Origin: Perna viridis
Lineage: Eukaryota
Direction of reading: 5' to 3'
Assembly: GCA_037379345.1 (NCBI GenBank)
Contig: CM074519.1
Span: 34,684,103 to 34,748,102 of the forward strand
DNA length: 64,000 nt
Shown one piece after another: positions 63,970-64,000 of the stretch. The notes beneath the pieces were generated by a model. The model worked only from the letters and a program-made list of their open reading frames with translations. It did no database searches and was not told the origin of the DNA. Made by a program: the position numbers and the translations under genes. Each line of letters starts with the position of its first letter. Position 1 is the first letter of the stretch.

Positions 63970-64000
63970 CTTGACTGGTTGTTGAACTGCAGTACAGTGA
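63970..64000 (-). CDS. Exon 1 in window (partial): ...HCTAVQQPVK
   Basis: Donor AAG|gtaac; phase 0 matches the next exon. Confidence 0.6.

Larger units (their letters stand above)
5245..64000 (-). other. Giant multi-exon gene (5' end outside window): membrane-anchored mosaic protein, LLTP/vitellogenin-like region + LECT2/M23-like + PAN + FN3-like repeats + cadherin-like + EGF + TM + cytoplasmic tail
   Basis: 38 exons with canonical AG/GT boundaries traced by hand; reading phase is compatible across all junctions except two flagged anomalies; the spliced translation is continuous and domain-like; about 14.5 kb CDS in the window. Confidence 0.9.

Overview
This is AT-rich eukaryotic genomic DNA, most likely from a bivalve mollusc (inferred from the Helentron/HINE-like, Penelope and palindromic repeat families). 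One giant minus-strand gene fills most of the window. I traced 38 GT-AG exons by hand from the right edge (63970-64000, gene start lies outside the window) to a stop at 5245 and an AATAAA at 5176-5181, about 14.5 kb of CDS or roughly 4,800 aa. N to C, the protein has: a large-lipid-transfer-protein (vitellogenin/apolipophorin-like) alpha-helical region, a beta-rich region, amphipathic helices with an 18-aa repeat, a LECT2/M23-like domain lacking its zinc ligands, a Cys-rich module, a PAN/Apple domain, many FN3-like repeats with a Ser/Thr linker, a cadherin-like module, two EGF-like modules, one TM helix and a cytoplasmic tail, with several furin-type sites. It therefore looks like a membrane-anchored lipid-transfer-protein mosaic. 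All junctions are phase-compatible except two apparent +1 anomalies (near 13626 and in a G5 run at 8297-8301). Four exon boundaries have been tandemly amplified together with their splice sites. On the plus strand (about 2300-4912) a degenerate paralogous FN3-like fragment is split by a composite transposon: two MITE copies plus 1.3 kb of cargo, bounded by one TACT target-site duplication. Introns hold many non-autonomous transposons, retroelement remnants and minisatellites. Domain names come from motif recognition by eye, not from database searches.
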